A stretch of 64,000 nucleotides of DNA from positions 10,219,625 through 10,283,624 of the forward strand of contig CM082579.2 of the NCBI GenBank assembly GCA_040954595.2, written 5' to 3'. This DNA is from Balanoglossus misakiensis (lineage: Eukaryota > Animalia > Hemichordata). The notes under the pieces are model-generated. The model made no database searches. It was not told where the DNA came from and worked only from the letters and a program-made list of their open reading frames with translations. A program made the translations under genes and the position numbers. Each line of letters opens with the position of its first letter. The first letter of the stretch is position 1. Below, one piece after another: positions 25,718 through 38,620 of the stretch.

Positions 25718-28700
25718 TACATGAAATAACAGCTAACCTAATTTAGGGATATATCTGGGAAAGCATTATACTCTGATTTTCAAAATCACCTGGGTTAGGA
25801 GTTGTCTCATTGTTTTATGGAACCAAAACTAGAGGGAAATTTGCTAACACAAATGTTCTGTATTTGTACTTCTATATATTAACTTAAGCTTGCTAAAATT
25901 CCTAGTATTCCGCTTGTGAACAGGTTTTATGTGTGACAAACGATTTCTAGTCCGGACAGTTTTCATAAATAACAAAGCTGGTTGGACATATGTAGCCAGG
26001 TAGTCCTAGTAATATAAGCAGCCCTTTGGGAATCCATCATTGTTGAGAATTCAAACAAAAAACTACAGCAGAAGAAAAAAACAAATACCGATAAATAGCT
26101 CTAACTAAAAGTTACAGTCACTGGAACTGGACTTTTAAAACTACTGACAGTTTTCCCACAAAATTAAGAACATTACATTATTTTTGTAACTAAACTCTAA
26201 AACTTAAGTCAGCTTTAACTTACAGCAGTGAGCATTTTAAGGGAAGTTGTCATGTATGTTCAAAAGAAGGAAATAACACAATGTCCATAAAGTTTTCTTA
26301 CCTTTTCTCTGGTCGAGATCCACATAGAAAGGCATATTCACACGTCTTAGATTTCGGTGTGCTAATAATTCCTTATAATTCCCCATGTTCAGACTTTTTG
26401 TCGACACACTTTATAACACCCACGTTCAACTAAAGAACTGATTCCCTTGGATGGTTACCCATTATATGTAAATGACTAAACCGTACATAGAACGTATGTA
26501 AAATTATGCATCTGCCTTCCATTATCGACAGGGGGACTAAAGTCATAATAGAGGCCCGGGGTACTCCCACAGACAGGTGTACGGGTAGAGGTGTGCCTTA
26601 TAAGGGGTCGATAACGTGAACACTGTCCCAATGTTTTTTTAACACTTCAAATGCAACAGAACATCAGTAAATGACAAGAAGATATCCGAAAGTTTGATTA
26701 AAAATGGATTGGTCATGGAATGGTCATGGGTGGATGTTTTGAACTAGGGCAGATCACCCCCGTATGAAAAGAGACTGGAGTGGCGTACCTCACCAGCGGC
26801 ACCCTAATTTTGCTTTATACGCCTATACAAAGTGCGTTGTTATCAGATAACAGTGCAATGTATTGTCATGTTGCCAAAATGCGATTCCTGAGGTCATGGA
26901 GCAGCTGCTTTTGTTCCAAGTAGATAAACCCTGTTTTCATACAGGTCTATGATTCTGACAGAAATTATGAGCTATTGGGTGTGTGAGTGCATGGTTTTGT
27001 TTGTATTACCAAATTATTATGTCCATCAGCAATCAGTGATAGATTCAACACAATATTTCGGATACACAATTATATATTGTTATACTGTGCACAAAATGGT
27101 TTAAAATTAAAGTTTTATGACACAGTGTCTGCATCAGAATGTGAAACGCCGAGAAGTTCGATCTGAAATAATTCGAGACGGGTGAAATGCTAGAATTGAC
27201 AATAGCCTTTCCTTATCAGCATGTCATGTTTGCCTTAAAAGCCCATATTTTCTGACATGGAAATTTCTATAGCTATTAACAATATAACCTTTTGTCTGTG
27301 TCGGAGCTATTTATTGGGGAACAAATGGTCAGTTGTGCATAATATTATGCCACCTGTACATTTGATAATTATACATTTGGCAGTTACCTATAATTTATAT
27401 TCTGACCGGTCGCCTTCATCGTCGACCAGTGCGTGACCGTACCTCAAATGTTGTCACTTTGCCAACTTCGCCATTTCTGTCGGTTTATCTAGAACTGCCA
27501 CAAATTTAGAGCTTTGCTTTACTTCGAATTGAAACTCGGAATTTCAAACCTCTTATGCTACCCCTTTTCGCCATTGAGGCAGAAACAAAAATAAAGGAAA
27601 GCGATTGACAATGAAGTACAGCACTATAACTATAAAATATAGAGATAGACACCAATATCTCTAGAAAATAAAGACAGAGACACTGGAGTCTTCAGCTCTA
27701 TTTTGTCAGGATTTTTGTGTCCTTCGACGCCTTATTTCGAGTCATCGGTGTTGCTGGTTTTTCTGTAAAGATTTTAGTGTCGATCTCTACTGTTTTGACC
27801 TCACTAAGAACGCCTCGAAGTTTAATGTATGCTTTGTGTTCGCCTCAACATTTTACTGCCAATACCTGAACAACAACTTACGCGTTGCCGTCGACACGGA
27901 GAAATTCTTGTCATTCTGCCAAACTTCTTATTGTTACAATGATGTCATTTCAGGTCACATATCACATCACGCCACAGTTAGGCAGAAACGCGAACAATTC
28001 CCTTTGTTCCACTCCAACTCTAAAGTTTCAAGAATAGACATATAGTGAAAGGCGGCCAAGAGAGGTCGCTTTCAAGTGATCATATTATGTCAGCTCTCAC
28101 TAGCTTTTATTCGTGAGACATGAACTAATACTTTAACCGATGGTGGCGATGTAGATCTGACCTCTGACAGTCGTGTCGATATACTTCCATATAAGGGCGT
28201 CATGCGCATTGGCGAAAGAAGTTCTGACACCTTGCCAACTTTTCTGTTGTTATCGCCCCATCGATACAATGAGGACAGAGGGCATGCGCAAATAACAGGT
28301 CGATCTGTGCCACAAATGGGACCACTCGAAAATGCATGTTGGTCACTGGTAGCAGTGAAACGAAGCCGTGGCGCATTTCGGCCAACAAATAAACCGATTT
28401 TCATCAACGATCATGTTCAATATTGGCGATATGAATTCATTGATAATGTTTTGTTTGAGGCTTGTTGCAGATATTGATCTCAGCAAGAATGTCAACTAAA
28501 AGTTTGGTATGTAAATCAGGATATTTATACATAATTACCATGCAAAATTTGTTGAAACTTGCATATCAGAATGTACAGTCACTTTAATTTATATCTACAA
28601 ATATTCATGCCAAATTCAGTACATATCTGATTAAAACTACCACATGCTCAATTTTCCCCCAGGATGATACTGTCATGGATGAACTATGAGCTAACAGGTA

Positions 28701-29998
28701 TGTGCTGCCTGATTGGAGGGACCGTGGAAGTGGGTGGTAATATTTGGGTTTTGGTTTCAACCCCTGGCATAGTGAACCCTGACATTAAGAAGTGGGCATT
28801 GAAATGTAAGAGATTAGCTACGGAATAAAGCGCACCCACCGTCAAATAAATGATTAGAACCAGAATGTACTGAACCCCCCCCCCTTCTCCTCGCCAATCA
28901 TTGCCGTTGGCTGCGCTGTCCTCACGGAAAAGCACATCGCCGATGAACACTTTGGTCGATCCTCGTCTGGTTCTAACTTAATGTACGTGAAATTAGCAAC
29001 ATCCTCAGCTTCATGCACATGTTCGCGTGACCTTGCAAGCTGAGGATGAGGCTAACTTCACGTTCGAACTTGTCCCAGAGTAGTCAACTACACACGCAGT
29101 CTCTATATAGAGGTCGCTATTAACCGATTTCGGTGGTCGCCCATAACTCTATTTCTGTGACAAATGGGTAGGGAATAAAGATATGAACAGTATCGTGATA
29201 GTCAGAGTTCTTCGGTTGCGTTTCGAATCTGTGAACAGGTTTTGTATGCAGACTTTAATCCATTTTTGTCTTATTTACAATTCATCTTTCCTAGTGTGAT
29301 ACCTATTTGTGTGTGATACCGTTGCCTTGGCCCGGGGAGTTGGCCGACGGCCTCGAGCAAAGGGTATCAGCTGAAACAGAGGAGTATTTCTACATGTATG
29401 AACAAATGACTATATGTCAAAGTTCAAAGCATCAAATTTGCATCTGTATAATTTAAATGTCTTTTTGAAAACAAAGAGAAAAGATGGTGTTCCAGTGTTT
29501 ATATACCTGCACGACCTTTGTGTTATCCACATATTCGGGCCGTCTTAAAATCACCTGGTTACTTTTATTAAAAACCATACATTCTATAAGTTAATAATGC
29601 AAAACTTTTCATACAAAGAAACAATAACGGGCCACTTGGACAAGTCGACACTACAAAAAGTTCTCAGGGATTTTTGAATGATCCTAGCAGTTGAAACGGT
29701 CAGAAATACCTAAATTGACAAAAGCAGAAAAAATACCAAAGTGAAAATGCGTTGAGATAAACGGTTCGTGGAGCAAATAAAATTGTTATTTTGATACTAA
29801 TTTGAAATATACCGAGTTAATTTTATTCCCACTTACACTAGGATCTCACTGTCCAGGATTGTGGATATGGCCAACAGGACAACACGCTAGTTACAAAATG
29901 GACTATCTAACTTGAGCTGCAAAAATTCGCGAAGTACTTCATGGTGTGAATATGCTCGTTTTTGTACAATGAATTTAAAATCAAGCGTGAAGATTTAA

Positions 29999-30351
29999 AG
30001 GGACAAAGTCTCTCTCTCGCTGCCCTTTTTTCCATTTATTATGTTTGCTACAAGACACGTCACTGTTTATGTTAATGTACATGTGCATATATAGTGAATC
30101 AATGATCAACCACACAAAACTTCCATCCCACTTGTATGATATGAGAGTAAAAACTCGCCCAAAATGAATAAATGGTAAAGAACGATTATTCATTTTGGCG
30201 AGTTTTTTCACTCTCCTGTCTATAAGAGGGATGGAAGTTGTGTGTGGTTGAACGTTCATTCACTATATATCCACATGTAGAATAACAAACGGTGTCTTGT
30301 ATCAAATATAACTAATGGAAAAAAGGGCAGCGAGAGAGAGACTTTGTCCCT
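29999..30351. mobile_element. Kolobok-like MITE family 1, copy 3 (downstream of esterase A)
   Basis: TTAA|AGGGACAAAG...CTTTGTCCCT|TTAA; absent from the homologous 3' region of esterase B (about 37120-37160). Confidence 0.9.
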
Positions 30352-30521
30352 TTAAGGATGCGGTCAAGTAAATTCGTTAGACGTTTTGGAAAAGGGTTAG
30401 AAATATACCAAGTACATATGTAATGCGCTAGTTTGCATTAAAATGATAACGTCTTTTTGATATGACTCATTTAGAGAACGGTGTTTCTAAAATTGTTTGT
30501 ATTATAACCGTAACGTGTTTC

Positions 30522-31175
30522 CTATAATTCTGTAATTTCACTTTGATCATTTGTATCATTTCCAATACCGTTGTCAGTAACCGTATCGTTGTCGAGAGAG
30601 GACTGGACCTTTTCCAGGCGTTCGGCCACCCCCTTCAGTTTTTGATAATTTTGCCGTGCAGACCTTACTTTCAACATATACCCATAGAGGGCGCCCGACA
30701 CCGTGGCCAGAATAAACAACAGAAGGATGACGGCAGCAATAAAACCCTTGAGTAGTTTGGTGACAGCACTGTCGGTTAGATACAACCCCAAATCTTCACC
30801 AACGATGCATTTCTCTGGCTCAGGGGTAGTAGGCCACGTGACAGCTTCAAGTCTTGGAACGTAGTTCAACCAGAAAGCAACATCTTCGGCTCTGGGACGT
30901 TCCCCGATGGTCACCTCTTTGTTTAAATCCACGTACTTCTGATCTTCTACGGTGTACAAAGGCCACGACACGTTTACTTCCTCTCCGACATTGGGGTTTC
31001 TGAAAAGTAAACCGAATTCTGCTTAGAACTGATATCATAGATTGCAATCTGCTGCATTCCATTCGAGTGAAAGCACTATCGTGTCACCAAGCTGATACTC
31101 TCACAGAATGCATGCTAACTTCTGACGTCACCGTCCTTTAATGCCGAACACATCACAACTATCATCATCACCACC

Positions 31176-31209
<34 letters not shown>

Positions 31210-33156
31210 TCATCCTCATCATCATCATCATCATCATCATCATCACCACCACCACCGCCACCACAACCACCAACATCATCATCGTCGTCGTCGCAACGTC
31301 ATTGCCGTCATAATCGTCATCGATATTTTTGTTTCATATACTAGTATAGAATCGCGCTGTAATACAGTGCTTTTTAATACTGCATACGTTATTTGAACAA
31401 TTGGGACAAAACAACGAGCAAGGAACTCACTCCCGGAATGACACATTTCACTTTTTGATCTTTCTGTCTGACTCCACTTCAATCAAAATAATCCACAATA
31501 TTAGGCGTTTTTAAATTTACAAGTATGTCAAAGATCTGGCTAATCCCATATAAGGATTATGTTGATTTTTGGAAAGGATAATTGATTTTGCACTTGATCT
31601 GTACCTTTCGCATGATTAACAGACATGAAATTTGACTATATCACTCACCCAGTTTTCGCGAAATTCGTCCAATATTTCATCACCGTGCTACTCAAATCAC
31701 GGTTTTCATCTGTGTACACCCAGGGGAAACGAAATGGACTTCCGAAGACATATTGGAGCTCGTCTGTATGAGCGGCGCCATTCAGCCACTCCGGGTAGAC
31801 GGGGTCACCACTGTCGTATGAAAACTGGTAAACGTACGTGACATGGTCACCTGCCGTAAGCATGGAATGTTTACGTGCTGCATCGATAGTCGGCGACACA
31901 AATATTTGGTCACCCGTAAATTTGAAGTAGTTGAGAAGTCTGCGGTGGTCACTGGATGGGTCTGACCAGTCCGTGTAGTGATTGAAAATAGCATCGAGAA
32001 TCAGATTGAAATCGTCCTCGTAATATGGAGTCACACTGTCTCTGATGAGTTGGTGAAAATGGTCTTCTGTCAAGCCGGGCGATAGAGTTAGATCTCCTCC
32101 TACAAAAGCGTGAAAGTGCTGGAACAAATATATGTATTTCCCCTCGTTGCTGTTGAAACCTAGCAGGTAGTCGTAGTTTGAAAAATTCGAATTTGAGACC
32201 ATCGCCATTTCTGGTTTCGCTACGACAAATTGGCCATCCACTACGGGAGCAAACTGCCTCATCCATACGTCGGAACTCTCAACGTCAGGATTGTTATCAA
32301 TAATTTCTTGCCAGGTTTTAGACTTGAGACAAGAGATTAATTGGCGATGGTTCTCTCTGTTGGTACAGTTCAAAGCTGACCCAAGTCGACGTGCCCAATA
32401 TACTGGTTTATCGGCCATGTCCAAATTCGTAACAGCTCCGCTTTGCGATATTCCCCTTTGAAAGAGTCCATTATTTGTTGGCGACAATAACTGAAATCCA
32501 ACACTCATACCTCCAGCTGACTCGCCGAATAACGTGATCTTGTTAGGGTCTCCACCAAAAGCAGCAATGTTGTCCTTAACCCATCGAAAGGCAAGTTGTT
32601 GGTCTAAAAGGCCAAAATTACCGGTGGCATATTTGTCCATAGTACTGAGGAAACCAAAAGCTCCTAGGCGATAATTCACGGTAATGATTACAACGTTGTA
32701 AAGTGCCGCTAGCGTCGATCCATCGTACAGCATTGTTGTTCCGAAAACAAATCCGCCTCCGTGTATGAAAACCATTACTGCTAAATCAACACTGTCGACA
32801 TCGGCTGGTTTGAAGATATTTAGTGTCAAACAGTCTTCATCAATTCTTGTGTGCTGTAGCAAATCTTTAAATCTATCGACTGACGCCTGATTTTGTGGAC
32901 AAATATTTCCAAACTCAGTCGCGTTCAAAGTGTCCGCCCATGGCTCTATCGGCACAGGGGCGCGGAATCTTAAACTTCCAACAGGTGGTTTAGCGTAAGG
33001 AATGCCAAGAAAAGTGCTCACATTTGCACCAAGGATATCGTTGGTCGTTCCGCGGATGGGACCAGAATTCGTGCCCACTTCTGGCTGGCTCTTCATAAGA
33101 TCGAACAATGGCAGCAGCGCCCATAAGACCAAAGTTAACCTTCTGAAGTCGGCCAT
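30522..33156 (-). CDS. Type-B carboxylesterase/cholinesterase-family protein, membrane-anchored, paralog A (2 exons: 33156-31649, 30999-30522; about 661 aa)
   Basis: Signal peptide MADFRRLTLVLWALLPLF; family motifs FLGIPYAKPP, EDCLTLNI, oxyanion HGGGF, nucleophile GESAG, acid GFNSNEG, His AHTDEL. Phase-2 intron ACTGG|GTGAGT...TTTCAG|AAACCCC rejoins to FAKTGNPN. Exon 2 encodes a hydrophobic TM segment (FIAAVILLLFILATVSGALYGYML) and a tail ending EITEL. Confidence 0.95.
31160..31292. repeat. Compound (CAT)n/(CAC)n microsatellite in the esterase A intron
   Basis: Direct reading. Confidence 0.9.
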
Positions 33157-33734
33157 GTTGGAAAGTGAATTCTTTAAGTGACCTTCACCTGCTTCGTATT
33201 CACCTCACAGCACGTCGCACCGTTAGCAAATCTTGACACTTTTTTGAGCCCCAACCGCGTCGAGTGGTATCTCCAATCCGTCGAAATACTTTTCCTGAAA
33301 GGTTTAAAGTTCGAGGTCACCCCGACGGCAGTCCTTTTGGTGGGTAACACTGAATACAAAAGTTGTTGGAGTGTACCCACGCAACACGTCCTTCTGGCAG
33401 CTTAACGGTCACTACCACCCTTATTGTCAAGATCATTTATCCAGCCTCGTTCGATATTCTCTGACTCATAACAAAAAAAATGAGACTTTCAACAAATCGA
33501 CGACTGTTTAGATTTTCAAAAGGGGATTGAGAGTGATGGGTTTGAGCAATGACTATTATGTGACGTCACCAGATGTCAGCTCTGCCCTATTTTCCAAGAC
33601 ATTATGTACGTATATAAGAATTGTATCGGGATCTATGTAGACTTGACGAAGGACACAGTTGAGTGGACATTACAAGTCTGACCCCTGTATTCACCGAATG
33701 CCATATTGTCTATGAGCTACGTGTACAGCCAGCA

Positions 33735-33789
<55 letters not shown>

Positions 33790-34706
33790 TTCTATTAAAG
33801 GGACTGGGGCTTCAACGTTTGAAGTAATTTTTCTCTCACTATTTGCGTCCCTTACTACAACAACATCTACATTTTGTTTATCCTAGTGCAAAGTTGAATT
33901 TTAGTTCATCCCCAATAGCTGCATTTTTTGCATTGATTTCATGATCTATTTTGCATTCCTTGGGGAGAATGGTCCATTAAAATGAGTTAACTGATGGGTA
34001 AATATAATCATATTTTATCAAGCTCTGATTGTGGCTGTACTTGGAAAAATGAACAAGTTCAAAAATAAACGGGTTCCACACCAATTTATCCAACCACCTA
34101 TTCTAAGAGTATACAACTATCTGGGTCTGGCCACATGCATGTCGACCGACAAAAAGTACATGCACCTGGTGTACTTTCTACACAAAGCACTCGCTATAAT
34201 AAGATCGTGACATAGGCTCGTGTGATCGCACACAGATTTAAATTTTGTGTATACAAAAAATACTGTGCCCATTGAACTGTGTCAATTGGTCACATAAACA
34301 CATTTGCCGAGGTGCTTTTAATGTAATTAGGTCCTGCTGCTGCCGTAGAGTAACAAAGCCTAACCTAGCCTTACAAAGCTAGAAGTTGACCTATGCAAAT
34401 TTAGCCAAAGCTATATAGGCCTACACCAGTTGGAGAATATTATCGAGGCACGTCTGAGACAGAGCCTCGGTAATCTAAGGCGGTGAAGCCCACAGAAGGG
34501 ACGCAACGCACTGATACTCATCCACAATATTTGTGTCTAGTGCGACACACATAAACGACCACAGTTGGAAGATAAAGGAACCGCAGCAATTTCGACGGGC
34601 TGAAGCTATAACACGGCGCGGTTGAAGCTCCAAAGGTATCATCAAATCGTGTGCCCACGGTTCAACGTTACTAAGGTGAAGGCCACTTGAGGAAACACTT
34701 TCCAAT
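33157..34706. promoter_or_regulatory. Divergent intergenic region shared by the two esterase genes
   Basis: 1550 bp between the two ATGs. About 130 bp upstream of each ATG retain inverted homology (ATTTCGACGG, CGCGGTTG, GGTGAAGG.CACTT, CACTTTCCAA-ATG). TGACGTCA at about 33561. Confidence 0.5.
33737..33787. repeat. (CA)n microsatellite between the esterase genes
   Basis: Direct reading. Confidence 0.95.
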
Positions 34707-36959
34707 ATGGTCGACTTCAGAAGATTAACTTTGGTCTTGTGGGCGCTGCTGCCATTGTTCGATCCTATAAAGAGCCAGCCAGAAGTGGTCGCGAATTCTG
34801 GTCCCATACGCGGCATAACCAACGATGTCCTCGGCGTCAATGTGAGCACTTTTCTTGGCATTCCTTACGCTAAACCACCTGTTGGAAGTTTAAGATTCCG
34901 CGCCCCTGTGCCGATAGAGCCATGGGCTGACACTTTGAACGCGACCGAGTTTGGAACTATTTGTCCACAAAAGCCGACAGTACTTGATAGATTTCAAGAT
35001 GTTATAAGACACAGAAGGATGGGTGAAGATTGTTTGACACTCAATATCTACAAACCAGCTGATGTCGACAGTGTTGATTTGGCAGTGATGGTTTTCATAC
35101 ACGGAGGCGGGTTTGTTAGCGGAACAACGATGTTGTATGATGGATCGACGCTAGCCGCACTTTACAACGTTGTTGTCATTACCGTGAATTACCGCCTAGC
35201 AGCTTTTGGTTTCCTCAGTACTATGGACAAATATGCGACCGGTAATTATGGCCTTTTAGACCAACAACTTGCCTTTCGATGGGTAAAGGACAACATTGCT
35301 GCTTTTGGCGGAGACCCTAACAAGATCACGTTATTCGGCCGTTCGGCTGGAGGTATGAGTGTTGGATTTCAGTTATTGTCGCCAACAAATAATGGACTCT
35401 TTCAAAGAGGAATATCGCAAAGCGGCATTCCTTCGAGTTTGTACATGGCTGATAAACCAGTATATTGGGCGCGTCGACTTGGGTCAGCTTTGAACTGTAC
35501 CACCAGAGAGAACCATCGCCAATTAATATCCTGTCTCAAGTCTAAAACATGGCAAGAAATTGTTGATAACACTCCTGACGTTGAGAGTTCCGACGTATGG
35601 TTGAGGCAGTTTGCTCCCGTAGTGGATGGCCACTTTGTCGTAGCGAAACCAGAAATGGCGATGGTCTCAAATTCAAATTTTTCAAACTACGACTACCTGC
35701 TAGGTTTCAACACCAACGAGGGGAAATTCATTTATAGGTTACAGCACTTTCACGCTTTTGTAAAAAGTCTAACTATATCGCCCGGCCTGACAGAAGACCA
35801 ATTTCAGCAACTCATCAGAGATTGTGTGACTCCATATTACGAGGACGATTTCAATCTGATTCTCGATGCTATTTTCAATCGCTACACGGACTGGTCAGAC
35901 CCATCCAGTGACCTCAACAGACTTCTCAACTACTTCAAATTTATGGGTGACCAACTATTCGTGTCGCCGACCATCGATGCGGCACGCAAACATTCCCTGT
36001 TTACGAGGGGTGACTATGGCACATATCTTTACCAGCTTACACATGAAGCTGACGATCCCAATTACCCAGAGTGGTTAGAGGGCGCCCCTCACGGGGCCGA
36101 ACTTCAATACGTCCTTGGAGGACCATTTCGTTCTCCATTGTCGTCCACGGATGAACAACGTGATTTTAGTAGCACGGTGATGAAATATTGGACTAATTTC
36201 GCCAAAACAGGGTGAGTAAAGGTCACATACAAAATCATCTTTCCCACAAAGTAACACTCTTGTAAAATGGCACCGAGAAACTATTGTGATAATAAGACAC
36301 CTATCTTGCAATATTTTCTGTTGTGTACTGTGCTGTGCTGTATAGTTTTTTTTACTGTTTGTCTTTGCAACTGGCCATGTAAATACTGTAAACTTTAGAA
36401 GGGAATGGGTCCGTTTAAAGCTAAGGAATGAGTCAGTTTGCTTTATATGATGTCAGTTCTTACGATATTCGATTTGCTTTTCAGAAACCCCAATGTCGGA
36501 GAGGAAGTAAACGTGTCGTGGCCTTTATACACCGTAGCAGATCAGAAGTACGTGGATTTAAACGACCAGGTGACCATCGGGGAACGTCCCAGAGCCGAAG
36601 ATGTTGCTTTCTGGTTGAACTACGTTCCAAGACTTGGAGCTGTCACGTGGCCTACTACCCCCGAGCCAGAGAAATGCATCTTTGGTGAAGATTTGGGGTT
36701 GTATCTAACCGACAGTGCTGTCACCAAACTACTCAAAGGTTTTATTGCTGCCATCATCCTTCTGTTGTTTATTCTGGCCATGGTGTCGGGCGCCCTCTAT
36801 GGGTATATGTTGAAAGTAAGGTCTGCACGGCAAAACTATCAAAAACTGAAGGGGGTGACCGAACGCCTGGAAAAGGTCCAGTCTTCTGTCGACAGTACCA
36901 CTTCTGACAGTGGTATTACCGATGATAAAAACGATCAAGGTGAAACTACAGAATTATAA
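34707..36959 (+). CDS. Type-B carboxylesterase/cholinesterase-family protein, membrane-anchored, paralog B (2 exons: 34707-36211, 36485-36959; about 659 aa)
   Basis: Inverted paralog of the 30522-33156 gene with the same intron position (ACAGG|GTGAGT...TTTCAG|AAACCCC). Motifs HGGGF, GRSAG (Ser kept), GFNTNEG, PHGAEL; TM segment and tail ending ETTEL. Confidence 0.95.
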
Positions 36960-37903
36960 GAAACATGTCGTGGTTTCAATATAAACACATTTAGAAATGC
37001 CGTTGTTCTTGATGTCAAAGTGACGTTATCATTTCAATGCATGAACTAGCGCATTGCATATATACTTAGTACCGGGATATTTCTAACCCCTTCCCGAAAC
37101 GCCTAACAAATTTAACTTGGTTGCATCATCTTACTTTTCGCACTTGCTTGTATGCATATTGTACAAAAACGAATATATTCACACCATGAAGTACTTCGCG
37201 ATTTTTGCAGCTAAAGTTAGATAGTCCATTTTTAACTAGCGTGTTGTCCCGTTGGCCATACCCACAATCCTGGTAAAATTGTCGACAGTGAGATCCTAGT
37301 GTGAGTGGGAATAAAAATTAACTCCGCATATTTAAAATTAATATCAAAAATTAAAAAAAATTAGGCGTTTGAATAATTTTACACAATTTACTAGCTCCAT
37401 GAACTGTTTTTCTCAACGCATGATATTTATGTGCACTTTGATATTTTTTGTCAATTCATTTAGGTATTCATTTTGAATATCAGTAAATGGCTTGATTTTT
37501 CATTAACATTTCTCGTATACGTTAGACAATAATGATTTATTTCTTCATCTTCGATTTTGCAAATTAATATCGATGTGTATACAGTTTCTTGTTGTCAGGA
37601 AGACGTCTGGAAAATCATGGATTTCACATCAATAAGAACTACGACCGCAATTTTGTTCGATATACTAGCATTGTTCTATAATTTTTGTTCTACAACACGT
37701 GGCATTAAAAAAAATCGTATTCGTGGTCTTAGAATACACACACCTTTATACTTACATTTAATCCAATGAAATATTTCTTTGTTTGACGAGAAGTCCTCTG
37801 AGCCTCTCTGAAAACCACGAGTATACGATGACGTTAAACAACGAAATACACTATGGGATTATATATGTATCACATGAACAGTCTTCTTATTTTTCGTTAG
37901 ATG

Positions 37904-38124
<221 letters not shown>

Positions 38125-38516
38125 CGTGACAGCCGCAACCATCCATTATCGTTTATCAAAATTACCACCTGAAAAGATCCTTGGTATTGCCTGCGCGAAA
38201 TTTTAGCCTATCCACTTATTTTACGCGTTATGGCCGTAGACGAACGATGGTTGAATTTCTACTGCTACAAACCCGAATCCTACACCATTGAACACATAGC
38301 CCGACTTGGCCAATTTTTGTGTGTGACCGATCGACCTTCCATAGCTTATAAGGCAAGTGGGATGAAAAAAATGTGGTTTGTTTTGTTCTGCAAAAAGTGG
38401 TTTTGGAATTCAGACACTTGCAGAAAAAGGAAGAAACGGATATTTGCGACAAAAATATTACCCATCAGGCAACTCTTTAATGTAAAAGTTGAAAAAAATT
38501 AACCCTACATGAAATA

Positions 38517-38620
38517 GTATTCGCAGGCGGTCTCCCATCCAAGTAGTAACTACGCCCAACACAGGTTTACTTCGGTGATCAGACGAGAACCGGCTTATTC
38601 TACGTGGTATGGCCGTAGGC
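38517..38620 (-). pseudogene. 5S rRNA pseudogene, 3'-truncated
   Basis: Reverse complement reads GCCTACGGCCATACCACGTAGAATAAGCCGGTTCTCGTCTGATCACCGAAGTAAAC...TACTTGGATGGGAGACCGCCTGCGAATAC. It aligns to metazoan 5S including box C, but has substitutions and lacks the 3' strand of helix I. Confidence 0.9.

Larger units (their letters stand above)
200..27290. repeat. Degenerate tandem array of a 2-4 kb unit
   Basis: The same blocks recur in the same orientation, e.g. GATATATCTGGGAAAGCATTATACTC near 3033, 4193, 14817, 16967 and 25748, and TTTTCTTACCTTT near 3355, 4703, 10301, 12394, 15380 and 26293. Copies differ by deletions and TE insertions. Confidence 0.9.

Noticed and set aside
28660-28800. 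GSGW motif suggesting a Polinton-derived fragment or mini-exon
   Set aside because: Only four residues match and stops flank it; insufficient evidence.
30522-36959. Naming the esterases AChE, BChE or neuroligin
   Set aside because: There is no choline-binding Trp in the Cys loop, and the catalytic Ser is present unlike neuroligins; orthology needs a tree.
36945-36959. C-terminal TEL as a KDEL/HTEL-type ER retention signal
   Set aside because: It follows a TM helix and would be cytosolic, out of reach of the luminal KDEL receptor site.
38517-38620. Functional 5S rRNA gene
   Set aside because: The 3' end and terminator are missing and conserved helices carry several substitutions.
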